Origin: Microthyrium microscopicum
Lineage: Eukaryota
Direction: 5' to 3'
Length of the DNA stretch: 64,000 nt
NCBI GenBank assembly: GCA_010405405.1
Contig: MU004239.1
Location: forward strand, 1,054,001-1,118,000
Shown here: positions 38,668 through 51,852 of the stretch, piece by piece
Layout of the letters: every line of letters starts with the position of its first letter
Numbering within the stretch: position 1 is the stretch's first letter
The notes under the pieces: generated by a model
Told to the model about the DNA's origin: nothing
The model's input: the letters and a program-made list of their open reading frames with translations, nothing else
Databases searched by the model: none
Program-made: the position numbers and the translations under genes

Positions 38668-39164
38668 TTTGTTGTGGTTTTGAGTTTTTTGTAGGCGATA
38701 CCTAGGGACTGGACATGATGCTGGTGTTGTTTTTGGAAAGCTTTCTGAAAAGTTGGAGATGTTTGACGGAAGTGGAGTTGGCCGAGGCTATTGGAGCCTT
38801 CAGCCTTGTGTTCAGCCTTATCACATGCTTGCTTTTCCTGTTGACAAACACTGATGGTTTTACAGTCGAGGAGGTATTAGAGGCACATCATTTGTTTTTG
38901 ATTCACTGATTTACTATAAGAACGTAATGGTGTCAAGGGTAAAGAAGTTGGAATAAGTATTTGTTGGCAAACGGATTGACTTCAACTAACTACACCAACA
39001 GAAGAACAGGAAAAAATAGAAGCAAAGAAGACCAATGAGTGAGAGCAGATCAACTTGAAAACATGTGTGGTATCTAGCACCTGAAGAATAAACGCAATCA
39101 TGGGAGTCCAGAAGACCACTTCTCAGACAATATCAAACTTCTCAACCGAGAATTCCGAATCGTA

Positions 39165-40435
39165 CTATACTTCAGAATCTTGATGATCAGTTGAAGATCG
39201 AGGAGTCTTGTCCTTGCCAAAAGCTATGCTCGATAGACGATACGAGCGATGGGCTGTTGAATGCGGCGAAGTAGGAGTATCTGCTCTACCAAATATTAGC
39301 ATCACTGCACATAACGAAGGGTTTAGGTCAAACTCACTCCTTGGAAGCTTTGCTCTCCATCATGCCAGAAGTTACAAGTCGAGCTCGACTGGCAGCTGAA
39401 GTCATGGCACTGGTGTTTTTGGAGCTGCCTGTCGCGTTCAAGCTTGGGAAGATGCGAGCCAGACCCAATTTCCGCCCCCATTGTTTGTACATGTCCAATG
39501 CATCGTTACCAAGTCCAAAAGCCAAGAAGAGGATATATCCGCTGATGATAGCAATGATGCTGTCCCAATGAGCCAGTTGGCCGTTTGTGGGAATCATTCG
39601 TGGACCCCAGTTGACGTAGTGGACATCGTTCCAGCTAAAGCCATGGAATTCTTGGGTCGCGATATAGACTAGGGACGCCACGGCGAGGGGTAAGACGGCG
39701 AATATGAGAAGAATGGAGATGCAGAGGAGGCGGTTGAAGCGTGACTTTGTGGTGGATGCGCTGGTCATGATGGTGGCGAAGTTGCGGCGGTACTTGTACA
39801 TACGGATGAGAATGAGGCCTAGATCAGTTGGTCAGTAATGACCTGAGAAGAGTTTGTAATGTCAACTTACATGCGAGATAGGCGTTGAATGTCGTAATAA
39901 CTAGTGGCCAGATGAGGATCAGGACCACGCTTGGCCATGAACGATCCACTTGCCAGTCACATCCAGTGATGGCAAAGATGTCGTAGCGATCAGATTGGAC
40001 AAGGTAGTAGATGATGATATAGAAGATGGGGAAGCCAATGCAGAGGAAGAATTCCATAACCTTGCGGTTTCTTGGATTCACTCTTGTTTTGGAGAAGTTC
40101 TTGCTTTGCGTGTTCAAAATGGCAGCAAGACGCAAAACGATGCAAGTGATGCATCCTGGTATGCCAACATTGGCTCCCAGTAGCACTCGTATCTCAAGGT
40201 CGCAGAGACCTTTGCCGTCATACCACTCAAATGTGTTGTCACGAGGCCAGATGATTGGGTTGATGACATATGTCAGCTGTATCGCAAAGAACCAACATAT
40301 CATGCATATGGCCGCAAAGTTTCGGTTTCTGACATGCCATATGAAAGGTGGGATTTCCAGTAGAATGGCGGAGACGCTGAAGATTGGAATGACGACTGCC
40401 GCCGGGTAGAGCGGAAACAATGATTCGAGGCTCAT
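39165..40435 (-). CDS. STE3: a-factor-type pheromone receptor (STE3 family GPCR)
   Basis: PFIWH, NPIIWP..WYDGKGLCD, YYLVQSDRYDI..GC, SRFNRL, FLAFGLG.DA, seven hydrophobic segments. Introns at ~39870-39819 and ~39337-39287. The last exon depends on acceptor choice. Confidence 0.92.
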
Positions 40436-40854
40436 GATTGCGGAATTAGTGTTGTATCTGGAGTAAAATCAAGGCCTTGCGAGCGAGTACACAATAGTGC
40501 TAAGAGGCAGACTTTTGGTGTATATAGCGACGATCGTTTCAATCAGGAGTAGGCTTGATACAAAGGTGTTGGAAGATTGCAGTGTGAAACAATCGAGCAG
40601 AAGAGGCTCAAGGCTGAACGAGGGTATATGCCACAATATTTGGTGTTATTGAGGATCTTGTCTATAGACCACTGATTTGATGGAGCGGTATTGAGGCCAA
40701 CGTGGTTGACTTGAGCGCTCGTCAGAAAGCATCCGAATTTGTGAAGTCATTTATTATTTCGCTATTGACGAGAACACAACAGGTTAACTCTTTGCCATGG
40801 CAATAGTATTTTAAGTTGCATTCCAATAGTGCTGTGATGGCAAGTGAGGTTGAG

Positions 40855-40886
40855 ACATTGAGTTTCCTAATCGGGGTCTCAATAAG
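40855..40886. promoter_or_regulatory. Putative Mcm1/alpha-box (QP'-like) element upstream of STE3
   Basis: ACATTGAG-TTTCCTAATCGGGG-TCTCAATAAG: a CC(N6)GG MADS box at 40866-40875 flanked by inverted TCAAT half-sites, about 430 bp upstream of the STE3 ATG. Confidence 0.6.
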
Positions 40887-41123
40887 ATCTTTTATAGGAG
40901 ATTTTGTATGGCCAACACCGCCAACATCTGCCCAGAGCCTGGAGACCAAGACAAGCGGGAGCACCTTTAGATACGATGCAACTAGCTAATGCTGAATCAA
41001 TATTGGTTCAAAACAAATTTGCACCGGTAATGCAGTAGGCAGGTTTGTGCCTACCGCGCTTCCAAGCAGCAATGTAGGTACCGTAGGCTCTACTCACCGC
41101 TTGCCGTCAGAAGTTTCTTATGG

Positions 41124-41560
41124 TCAACTCTTTTTCGTTCCGAAATCAAGTTCGGCGTCTTTTCGCCACTCTATCCAGTACTTACTCGCGGCTCGTTCAA
41201 TAATCTCCTTTTCGCCAAAGGACCAATCTGGATCGTCACTGAATATGAAGGATTTGCTAGGAAGTTGAATTGTATGACCAAATTCAGCCCAGCTCACAAG
41301 ATTCATCATATTCACGTTGACCGGGATTTCACCACGTTCCATCACCGTCCTTGCAGCCCATACCAAGAAGGTCTTTGGATTCCATCTTTCGGGTTGTGTG
41401 GATAAAAACAGGAACTCTGCCGTTAGGATATGTTGAAGCACGTAATCGCAAATTTGAGGCGAATCGGGATGTTTGACTGGGACTCCACTGTGGACATCTA
41501 GCGCCCAGTTTATCCCTGGGAAGTTTCTGCGGCATTTGAACATATGTGCTAGTTCTCGTT
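41124..41560 (-). CDS. Hypothetical protein exon or gene remnant
   Basis: 139-aa protein-like ORF preceded by an acceptor-like TTGAC...CAG. The upstream same-frame sequence contains stops. No domain recognised. Confidence 0.3.
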
Positions 41561-42413
41561 CCTGCCGTAGTAGTCAAGGTAAAAATAGTCCGGTGCGCAC
41601 AAAGGTGCTCTCCCAGTTCGTTTGGAGGCATCTACGATTCTCCGGAACATAGCTTCTTCCGTGCTATGGTAATGACATGTGCGGGAGCTATTCAAGATAG
41701 ATCGTGGTCCAGCACTACCCTTCGGATTCTGGGAATTCCAGGACATGTGAAAGCTGCTGAAGTTCTGGAAAGCTTTCGTAAGATGCAGCAATATTCACCA
41801 GTTCCAGAAAGTTGCGAGGTTTCTGTATCCAGATAGTCTTCTTGTCCGGCCAAGAGGATAGCGCTTGAATTGTATCAATGACATCAACTATCATAGGATA
41901 TCAGTCTTCTTGGTGCTGACGATCGGGTATCATCTGCGTTCTTTTTGTGGTCCATGTGTCCTGGACTGCAAATGCCAAAAATTCACCATTCTAGATATCA
42001 AAGGGATAGTGTACCACGCTTTGTATAATATGTAGTATTGTACAGGAAGCAATTACTCCAGGATTAATTCGGTTATCTCTAACTCAGCAGGTCAGAGGTA
42101 ACTGTGTGTGCGGCAAAAAAGAAACCCTAGAGACTATAAGAGTAGAACTATACCACAAATATGACAGCATACTTACTGGTGGCTGTCAAACAGTCGACAA
42201 ATTGAATGGCGCGCTTCTATTATGTGCAGCGCCTTCATCTCCATCTAGATGCATAGAAGCATCGATTGTCCATCGAATGCGCGGGGAACTGAAGCATCTT
42301 CTTGGTATAGAGTGCGCTGGGAGACATCGTATTTTGATGGGAGCACGCTATTTGTTTGGTTAATTGGTTGACTGCGTTTGGCTAGAGAACAAGGCAATGC
42401 AGAGACCTTTGCT

Positions 42414-43708
42414 TTATCGAGGGCCTAAAAGTCTATCTTCGTTCCATCTGCTACAGTCTAAAAGACGTCAAGGTTAATCTAGAATAAGATCAGAGTTTGA
42501 TAACTTACCGCACGTTTTCCATTTCGCACCACACAAATAGCAGAACTCCGCCTTACAGGGGCAACTGCGAACATCAATAAGTGAACAATGTGGTAGCTTT
42601 GGACTAGACGAACATACGTCATATGATAGCACCCGAAGTTCAACTCCACGATTCTGTTGCACTGGTAGCAAGTTTTCCATCCGTTCAGATCGGCAAGAGC
42701 TTGGGTCGCTTCCATAGCCTTGTCGCGAGCAGTGGCATGAGTTACAGTATCGCAATGTGAGCAGGTAGCTTGCTGGTCGACGATGAAGGTGGGTGGAACA
42801 AACTGGCCGCATGCCGGATTCGCGCAGTATGTACGGTCCAATGTTGCAAATTCTAATTTTGCCTTTTCGTAGGCACGGGAAAGGTCATCGGGCATGTCCT
42901 TGCGAATAAGCAATAGCGAAATTTGACGCGTGCAGCACATGGGAGGGTATAGTACTTCGTCCTTGGTGGCACGACGGAAGTACTCCAAGGTGCAGTCGAC
43001 GCAGAAGATATGACCACAAGGCAGACGAACACGTTGGTGGAAGCTGATTGCCTCGCTGCAGACCTCGCAGTCTGCCAGAGGCGTCAAAGCATCAAGAGCA
43101 ACACGCTGCTCTTCCTTTTGCTTGTCAGTTGAAATTTGCCATGATGAAGAATGCGGAAATTCAATGAGGCAATATAAGCTCCAGCGCAGCTGGACATACC
43201 TGGAACGCGATGGCTGTCAGGCCATCAACCTGCAAAGTCGACGAAGACTGGGATGAAAGCTCTCCATTTGTAGCAACGAATTCCTCCATCTGCTTGACAT
43301 ATTCAGTGTCCACGATGGAATCGACAGAAACGGTAGCAGAGTCCTCAGCATCTTCGTTCAGTCTAAGTGCAAACGATATGGGAGTCAGTAAAACCATGGT
43401 GGTCATGAAAGGATTAAAAGCTCTTGACTTGCCTGAAGGTCATGATGCAGTTGGATGTCCTGCTTGGTGATGCTTTCAATCAGCTCAGCATCAGCCGACA
43501 CTGCACTAGCGATACTGAGAGCCATTTTCTGGTCGGTTAAGAGATCAACCTGAGCTTGAAGTGCAGACGTCTGGCATCGAAGTGCGACATGCGCATTTTC
43601 ATTAGAGTTGGCTTCACAGAGCTCATCATTGGCAACAAGCCCTTTGGCATCGTCCAGTTGAGCTTGACCAATGGCAATATCATCCTCGATTTCCACGTTC
43701 GTGTTCAT
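42414..43708 (-). pseudogene. RBR (RING-IBR-RING) E3 ubiquitin ligase, apparently degenerate
   Basis: RING1 CEVC...CGHIFCVDC...PPMCC, IBR RTYCANPAC...CSHC, RING2 WKTCYQC...GCYHMT|CPCKAEFCYLCGAKWKTC. The IBR is truncated and the first intron does not splice in frame. Confidence 0.7.
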
Positions 43709-44232
43709 CGTGGGCTTGAGGCTGTTGATAGGAGATTACCAAAGAAAATGACTGACACGCAGAGTCACAAGAAAATGACGCTTACATATTAAAGATGCTG
43801 CAGATCGGACAATGGCGAGAGCCGTAGTACTAAAGCAATGATTCCGACGGGTAGTTGCTATGCTTGCAAACAATATCTCTTCCATGATCCGTGAACCTTC
43901 ACACGTATTGGCACGGGAAAGTGCAGGATTCAAGACAGTCTCAACATAGGAGTCAGTGAAAAGTCCGGTGTTGTCTAGTGGAAGCAAAAGAAGATCTTGT
44001 CCTTTATTGCATATTTCCAGCAATTCGCATAGGCAGTTTGACAAAGTGGCATGAAACTTCCAGTAGTTGCAACCAAAAATACGAGACATCACTAGATGTT
44101 GTATGGCTAAGAAAGCTTAGCATCAAGGCGAGAAACACTTCATTACAGAAATTGATCTCGAAGGAATAGAGTGGGTATCACAGCTTTGCAAAAGTAGAAC
44201 ATCGTGCTTCGAGACCAATTCCAGGAAGTTCT

Positions 44233-46344
44233 TCAAATACCTGGCGCATCCAGTATCTGTGGAGTATTTCTCCGCGTGTCGTGAAATATGGATGCTGAGG
44301 CCATCCTTCGACTAGTCTTCCTGAGGTGAGCCAGCAAAGAAACTGCTCCATTTGGTGTCATACCTTCCACGCGTCTGGATTGGCCGACACTCTCTGGTTG
44401 AACACGTTTGAGTATGGACTTTTCTTCCATGCTCAAGCCGACCACTGTATCGTAGTCAATATCAGCCGGGAGAATGGCGCTTTCATCCCTCAGATAATCA
44501 CGAGCTGTTCTTTGCTGATGTTCCACGTAAGGGGCGTACCTGGCATCGATGGTAACACGTTCTCGGACGCGAGCACTGAACTTATTGATTTCTGGAACCA
44601 CTGAAGAGAGATCAGAAGTGGACATGCCATTTTGACGCAGCATTGTGTACGCGCTACGTTTGGTAGAATCTTCGCGAACGGTAAATCCGGCTGCATTCCA
44701 TTGGTTCCAGGGCATGGTCTTTTCTTGCATTGCGGTAGCCAATTCGGCCATTTCACCGCTTTCGTTTGCAAATGCCTGCCATCGAATATCGCCAACGGCT
44801 CCGACGTTTCTCCCAAGAGTCGTCAATCGCAAATCGGCATTGTCCGCTCTAGAGCTCATTCGATATTCGCTGCGAGAAGTGAACATACGGTATGGCTCAC
44901 TCACACCTTTAGTGATAAGGTCGTCGATCATGATGCCAATGTAGGCGTCAGCGCGGGACAGGGTGAAGGCAGGTTTGCCTAACGCAGAGAGGCCGGCATT
45001 GATGCCAGCTACAACTCCTTGTCCTGCTGCCTCTTCATAACCCGTCGTACCATTTATCTGGCCAGCTAGAAACAATCCTTTGATGGCTTTTGTTTCCAAA
45101 GTTGCTCGCAATCCTCGAGGATCCACGTAGTCATACTCCACACCATAACCAGGTTGTAGCATGTGAACATTTTCGAGCCCCTTAATGGTCTTGAGCATTT
45201 CGAGCTGTGCTTCTTCTGGTACAGTCATGGATATTCCGTTGGGATAGACTATGTCGTTGTCAAAGCCTTCGGGTTCTAGCCAGATAATATGGGAGTCTTT
45301 GTGTTTGAATCGAATAACTTTGGACTCTATAGACGGACAGTAGCGGGGCCCTTTGACAGTCTCCCGGATGTGAATGCTGTTTTCGAGATTTGCTTCGATA
45401 ATTGCATGAGTTCCAAGGTTGGTCGAAGTAGCGTGGCACGATAATTGCTTTTCGATTTGGACCTTTTCATTGAGATAGCTGAAAGGCATAGGAGGATCGT
45501 CACCTAGCTGCTCCTCGAGAGCTGAATAGTCGATCGTTTTTCGATCCAGCCTCGGAGGTGTGCCTGTCTTTAGTCGACCAAGTTGGAATCCGGCATCTTT
45601 CAACGACTTGCTGAGACCAAAAGTTGCAGCCTCACCCATACGACCTGACGGATAAGCTTTGAGTCCAATATGTATTTCCCCACCAAGAAATGTCCCAGTC
45701 GTGATGACTACATTATTTGTGAGGAGTATTCTTCCATCCTCCAGTCGTACACCTGTGATTCGCCCAGCTTTTCCATCTTCTTGTTGCCCTTCTTTATCCA
45801 CCACAATATCCGCTACACTTCCTTCTACCAAATTCAAGTTTTTGTATCCCAACAGCTCTTGTTTCATGTATTGTTTGTACAGCGCGCGGTCGATCTGCGC
45901 TCGAGGTCCCCATACCGCCGGTCCTTTCTTGCGATTCAGCACGCGGAACATGACACCAGCCTTGTCAACTATACGACCAACTAAGCCATCAAGCGCATCA
46001 ATCTCTCGCAGCATAGTTCCTTTGCCAATGCCGCCGAAGCTTGGATTACAAGAACAAACTCCAAGGTTATCCGATGAGGGCGTGACGAGGGCGGTTCGCG
46101 CACCAACTCGAGCGGCTGCGGTACATGCTTCGGCGCCGGCGTGGCCACCTCCTATAACGATCACATCGTAGGGTCTAGTAAAACAATTAGCCTTCATTTT
46201 CATTGCAATCGATTGAATTGCACACCTGTTGTTGGAGTCGTCGGAAATGGTTGCGAATGCACGTCTGGCCGATATAGTCCGTACTCGAGGAGTATGGCCC
46301 CAAGGTAATATGCCTCGAGGGCAATATGACAGGCGCATTGCCAT
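44233..46344 (-). CDS. MTO1: Mitochondrial tRNA uridine modification enzyme Mto1 (GidA/MnmG)
   Basis: Arg-rich presequence, [75 protein letters not shown]. In-frame 51-nt intron near 46225-46175. Confidence 0.97.
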   Translation of the reverse strand: MAMRLSYCPRGILPWGHTPRVRTISARRAFATISDDSNNRCAIQSIAMKMKANCFTRPYDVIVIGGGHAGAEACTAAARVGARTALVTPSSDNLGVCSCNPSFGGIGKGTMLREIDALDGLVGRIVDKAGVMFRVLNRKKGPAVWGPRAQIDRALYKQYMKQELLGYKNLNLVEGSVADIVVDKEGQQEDGKAGRITGVRLEDGRILLTNNVVITTGTFLGGEIHIGLKAYPSGRMGEAATFGLSKSLKDAGFQLGRLKTGTPPRLDRKTIDYSALEEQLGDDPPMPFSYLNEKVQIEKQLSCHATSTNLGTHAIIEANLENSIHIRETVKGPRYCPSIESKVIRFKHKDSHIIWLEPEGFDNDIVYPNGISMTVPEEAQLEMLKTIKGLENVHMLQPGYGVEYDYVDPRGLRATLETKAIKGLFLAGQINGTTGYEEAAGQGVVAGINAGLSALGKPAFTLSRADAYIGIMIDDLITKGVSEPYRMFTSRSEYRMSSRADNADLRLTTLGRNVGAVGDIRWQAFANESGEMAELATAMQEKTMPWNQWNAAGFTVREDSTKRSAYTMLRQNGMSTSDLSSVVPEINKFSARVRERVTIDARYAPYVEHQQRTARDYLRDESAILPADIDYDTVVGLSMEEKSILKRVQPESVGQSRRVEGMTPNGAVSLLAHLRKTSRRMASASIFHDTRRNTPQILDAPGI

Positions 46345-46769
46345 TTTATCAGGCCGGGTTTGGTCAAATGGAGAAGCTTAACGCCTTTGGATGAAGGAGA
46401 AGTTTCGCGGAAGTTAGCAAAAAGTTGGCCGGAATTAAGAGGCCGCTGGTAATTATCTCCGCCATGCAGCAATTCGACCTCTTCGTTTTCGACGCGTTCT
46501 ATGACTTATCGAGACGTGAAATTCTCAAATTGATAAGAAAATGTGTCAGTAGGCGGTGTTCAAGCAAGCAAGAAAGAAGATTCATTTGCAAGACGTTTTG
46601 CAGTGAGCGCCCAAAAAAAGCTATCGACACGCGTCCTCACCTGATTTCGTGTTTGTTCAAGACGCTGGAGTTTCATCAAGCTTTGATATTTCAGCAAATT
46701 CAATAACAATTGACGTCTTTTTCTAGGACCACTAAAACATCTAGTAGCAAAACTGTCGTCATCCTGGGT

Positions 46770-49074
46770 ATGGAGACTCCGCAATCCGTTGTCGAGGCCA
46801 TCGAGCTTCTTCAACGGAGGGCTCAATGGGTTCAGATTCCCCCTGTCATTTGGGCAACCACGGCGGCTCTGGGAAGTCTCTTGATCTTCTATCTATGGAG
46901 AGATAACGAGACGGCATTGCTTTACACCGTAGACGAACCGGAACAATGTAAATCAGGCTGGCAGGGAACAACAATCGAACAACCATCGATACAGGTAAGC
47001 GCATGTCACAGCAAGAAAATGTCATGATTAATTGTCTCCTTAGCTTCGCGATTCATCGGCTATCCAGTGCTATTGTCCAGCAACAGGTCAATTGCTGGGT
47101 CTGGTCAATCCTGCGACCAAGGAGGGAATCGATCGCGCTATCATCAAAGCCTCAGAGGCACAAAAACAATGGGCAGCGACAAGCTTTTCAGACAGACGAA
47201 AAGTGCTGAAAACACTGCTCAAGTAATTCAATTCACGGTTATACATCCAAGGAAGCGTTCTAAAAATACCACAGATTCGTCCTGTCCCACCAAGACAGTA
47301 TTGCTCAAGCAGCCTGTCTTGATTCTGGCAAGACCAGAATCGATGCCAGCTTTGGGGAAATCTTGGTGACCGCAGAAAAGCTCAAGTGGACCATTGATCA
47401 TGGCGAGAGATATTTACGCCCAGAGAGACGGCCAACCAATTTTCTCATGTTCTACAAGAAGAATCAAGTGATTTATGAGCCATTGGGAGTGGTTTGCGCT
47501 TGCGTGAGCTGGAACTATCCGTTTCACAACCTGCTGGGACCCATCATCTCGGCCATCTTTGCTGGCAATGGGTGAGTAAAGCATCAGATGTTGAAGCAGT
47601 CACTGATGATATGGTAGAATTATCGTCAAAGGCTCTGAGCAGACTGCCTGGTGTTCGCAATACTTCATCAGTATCGTCAAAGGTAAAGTCTACGCTGATC
47701 TTACTCATGAGTATCCAGTTAACCCGCTAAGGTGCTCTCAAGGCATGCGGACATGACCCTAATCTTGTTCAATCAATCATGTGCTGGCCTAACGTTGCCA
47801 ATCATCTTACATCTCATCCTCAAATATCTCATATCACCTTTATCGGCTCTCGTAAAGTCGCACATCAGGTGGCAGAATCCGCAGCAAAACCTTTGACCCC
47901 AGTGTGTTTGGAGCTGGGTGGTAAAGATGCTGCAATTGTTTTGGACGATCTTAAGGACATTGATCGAGTGGTTGCGACTCTAGTTCGGGGTACCTTTCAG
48001 GCCGTAAGTCACACTCTCTTTTCTAATGGGGTGTTATTGCATGTCACCTTGTAACTTCCAATACGTTCCTCTTCTACTTTCGATCCAATACTGACCAATA
48101 CAGGCTGGCCAAAATTGTATCGGGATCGAGCGAATTATCTGCCTACCCGGCATATACGATACTGTTGTGTCAAAGCTTCTTCCCATCATCGAACGACTCC
48201 GGATTGGGTCTGCCCTCCATTCGTCAGAAGTAGATGTGGGTGCCTGCATTTCGGCCGCCAATTTTGACAACCTTGAGACTCTAATTACAGCTGCTGCCAA
48301 GCAGGGTGCGAAACTGCTTGTTGGAGGGAAAAGAGCCCATGTCCCGGATTATCCTGCCGGCCATTACTTCCAACCAACCCTGCTCGTCAATGTCGACAGC
48401 AGTATGAAAATCGCAAGAACGGAACTTTTTGCTCCAGTTTGCGTTGTGATGCGTGCGAAGAACCTTGACGACGCGATCAAGATTGCGAATAGTACAGAAT
48501 TTGGGCTAGGTGCAAGCGTTTTTGGGAGAAACACCAGAGATCTAGACAAAGTGGTTCGCGAAGTGAAGGTAAGCTTTGCAGTATTCATCAGTCAACTAGC
48601 GTGATGTTAGAGTGTTCAAAGCTAACGTGCTGTAGGCTGGAATGGTTTCAGTCAATGACTTTGCAGTCTATTACGCCGTTCAGCTTCCATTTGGTAAGTC
48701 GTTGAGTTTGCTCAATCGTCTTTGTCTTCAACTATATCGGCTCCTTCAGCTTTCTGCCTCAAATAGACGTGTGAAAAACAAGACTAAAGGGCAGAGTCTT
48801 TGACTAAGAACAGTACTAAAATCTTGTAGGTGGCACTAAAGGCAGTGGTTACGGTCGATTTGCCGGATCAGAAGGTTTGAGGTCTCTTTGCAACACCAAA
48901 AGCATTTGCTCAGACAGATGGTCTTTTATGAAAACTTCCATACCCACACCACTGCAGCTACCAGTCCCGAACGAGCCCAAAGGTTGGAATATGTCGAAAG
49001 GCATTGTTGAATTGGGTTATGGCGAATCGCCGCGTCAAAAAGCCAGAGGGATCACACGCTTGATGGGATTTTGA
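46770..49074 (+). CDS. MSC7: Membrane-anchored aldehyde dehydrogenase, Msc7-like
   Basis: N-terminal TM, IQCYCPATG, SWNYPFHN, HITFIGS, LELGGKD, A|GQNCIGIER, ELFAPV, VNDFAVYY, LPF|GG. About 7 introns. Confidence 0.85.
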
Positions 49075-49710
49075 TCATTGACATTTAGTTCACCAACGCA
49101 CTATACCCACATCGTTTGATATATAATATTCTACAGTACTAAACGGCGCATGCATAGCGGCTCCATAATACGAAATCGCGGAGGGGTCAGTTCATCCCAG
49201 CAGTGTTCAGGGGTCGACGTCGAGTCAACTCACATCCATATATCAACTACAAACCTACTATCTTCAACATCTAATATTTCGAGTCTAGATATCTCTAATG
49301 TAAGTAGTTCTCCCGAAATATCTATCACGAAATGCCTGTATTTCAGTAGGACTGGGTGCGAATCGTATTAAACCTTGAGTTTGTCATTCGAATTTGAGGG
49401 ATTTCTTGTCCGCGGAGAAATCCAAAGACAAACAATCCCAGATTGAACCATTGACGTACGAAGGTTTATTCTTGACAAATAGATACTCTCTGACTGGATT
49501 TGTTTTCGATTTCCTGTTTGTCACTCTTTTCCTCAGCGGCAAAGATTCTGACCGCTTCGTGTCTGAAAGTAAAAGGTATCTGCTGCATGTCACCCAATGG
49601 GTCAATGATTTCCACCAGGTCGGCACCTGTTGGTCATCGTCATGACGAAAGCTTTCTTTGATGAAGATACTACTCTATCTGCGCGGAGAAGACCACGAAA
49701 TACCATCATC

Positions 49711-50796
49711 TCATGGTGGTGTCGCCCAGCTCTTATCAGCAGTAGAGTCGCTGTTTTGTCTTGGATGCCTTAAAGACTGTAACCTGCACACTAGTTTTTC
49801 CAACAAGGCTCTTTCTTGATCCTCCAGCTCCATGCTATGCGGAATATTCAATACACCATCAACCGAAACCACTATGGCCTCCTCAAGAGTCGTTTGAGCC
49901 AAAATCTCTAACCCAGCTTCAGATCCAGCCAAGGATCGCGAATGCGCGAGATACTTTTCAACATCGGGCGCCTTGTTTCGACCATTGCTGACCCATGATT
50001 TCCATGCCCGGCCTGTTTCGTGGGGTGTCCACCACCACAGCGGATATCTCCTTTGGATGTTGTTGAGGATTATGGCGACGGCGATCATCATGATACAGGA
50101 CAATAGTACTAGGGGCACAAAGATCCAGCCGAGAGCAATAATTGTCGGGTCTGCCACTGCTAGGATAGCCGTTGCTCCTCCAGGGGGATGTATTGTGTTG
50201 GTCATTGTCATGACTGTAGAAGCAACCGCACAAGCAAATGGCGCAACAATCCACTCGAGTGACTGGGATGAGTTTCCATAACTCTGGAACGCTTTGGCGA
50301 TTGCAACACCGATGATTGCTGAGAGTGAATGTCCCAGTATGGCATTTCGTGGTTGTGCTAATGGCGAGGCAATAGAGTTGTACTCAAGCACTGCCGCGGC
50401 GCCCTGTTGATCTGTGTTAGTCTTTGAAGGAACCGACAAACGCTCCAAGAGTAAAAGAAGGATCATACAAAGCTTGCAATCAGAATTGGAGGATGATGTT
50501 CTTGGATCCATGGATCGTACTTGAATACTGCTGAGATACACAGCAGGCCACAGAATGTTCCTATGAGAACCCAGAACGACACTTGAGCTGTTAGCTTCAA
50601 TTCGAGATGTAGCTTTGTCAGGACACAAACCTAATATGTTTCCAACATCTGCTTTTGGGGATTTACGATGACCAAAGAATCTTGATATTGTTGGCGGCAG
50701 TAAAGGTAATGGTGACGGTGGGATGAAATCATTCAAATATTGATCAATATCAAAATGGATGTTCTCAGCGGCAGGGAGCTTTGAAAAGAAAGACAT
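49711..50796 (-). CDS. HPP-family membrane protein
   Basis: ASF|GAAAVLEY, SPLAQPRN..GH, TIHPPGGATA, NNIQRRYP.WWW. Two introns at ~50630-50582 and ~50469-50405, which the ORF track reads through. Confidence 0.9.
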   Translation of the reverse strand: MSFFSKLPAAENIHFDIDQYLNDFIPPSPLPLLPPTISRFFGHRKSPKADVGNILGLCPDKATSRIEANSSSVVLGSHRNILWPAVYLSSIQVRSMDPRTSSSNSDCKLCMILLLLLERLSVPSKTNTDQQGAAAVLEYNSIASPLAQPRNAILGHSLSAIIGVAIAKAFQSYGNSSQSLEWIVAPFACAVASTVMTMTNTIHPPGGATAILAVADPTIIALGWIFVPLVLLSCIMMIAVAIILNNIQRRYPLWWWTPHETGRAWKSWVSNGRNKAPDVEKYLAHSRSLAGSEAGLEILAQTTLEEAIVVSVDGVLNIPHSMELEDQERALLEKLVCRLQSLRHPRQNSDSTADKSWATPP

Positions 50797-51852
50797 CTAT
50801 ACAGACAACGAGAACTTGAATGATGTGATGAGGACTATTGAAAAGGTATTGAATCAAGAGTATTGTGAAATGCATTCATCGCCACACCAGGGAGTGAAAG
50901 GATATAACAATTCAACATTGTATTGTTTGTGCCACATAACTCTCAAAGGCAATGCAGAAAGGCCTTCGGCAAGAAAGTTGTGCATCGGTCCCATGCCATG
51001 ACGAACGCAGTTCACTTTCTTTTGTACAATGTGACAGAATGTGATTGTAAAGCTTCATGCGTGAAGTTGATTTTGGCATCGTAATAAGAATCATAATGAA
51101 CGAATCAGAGCGGTTGTAATAACGTAATGAATCCAAGGAGGCAATCCGCGCCTCATGCGTACAAATACAGAACCAAAGTCCTGGATAGTATGAAAACAGG
51201 TTGCCCGAGTTGAATGTATGTTTTTCGGGCGACAATAAACTTTTCCTTAATTTTCTTGAGCGTTTGTCCTGGTGCGATCAGTTGTGAATGCCTACCGGTT
51301 CATACAGAAGTGTTGCCTTTGGAGCTACAAAAAGCTTAAACTGTCCACCTTGAGGCTTTGCTAGCAATGTCTTACGGGCCAAGGGAAGAAACTTTCTTAA
51401 GAAGAAAGCGCCCTTGATTTTGTCCATTCATTGTCCAGCAAGCACCTATGCTAATGATGTATAAATAATGCAACGCATACGGACTCAGGACTGATATAAA
51501 ACAGACGGAACTCGACTGAGATCCAAAGGAATTTCGGAACATATATATAAATTCTATTTTCCTCATGAGCACTCACTTATGGTCCATGCTAGAAGTTGAT
51601 TCGACATCATATATCGTCACCAGAGCTGCTGAATCACAAAGGAGCAATGATAACCATTCGTGGTCCATCTACATACTCATTTTGAACTTGTTGTGCTTCG
51701 GCTTTCGGGCATTTTTTAGACATTATCGCCTCGCTTGCTTCGCCCAGCGGGCTCCCCATCTCCATCATTGATCGTCGCTTGCGCTTGGAATCTGCGATTA
51801 ATGGTCTTCATCGTCATCCATCTCCAGTATCGCTTTCGTCATCTTGTACCGC

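Noticed and set aside
39123..39167. STE3 TAG followed by 13 open codons (YDSEFSVEKFDIV*)
   Set aside because: This length is expected by chance, and the last-exon frame is itself uncertain.
39165..40435. Possibility that the STE3 region is a mating-type locus
   Set aside because: No alpha-box or HMG gene, pheromone precursor, APN2 or SLA2 is seen. In Pezizomycotina, pheromone receptors are normally unlinked to MAT.
42270..42281. CCATCGAATGCG matching the intronic palindrome arm
   Set aside because: Only a 12-nt match without the shared flanks, so it cannot be distinguished from chance.
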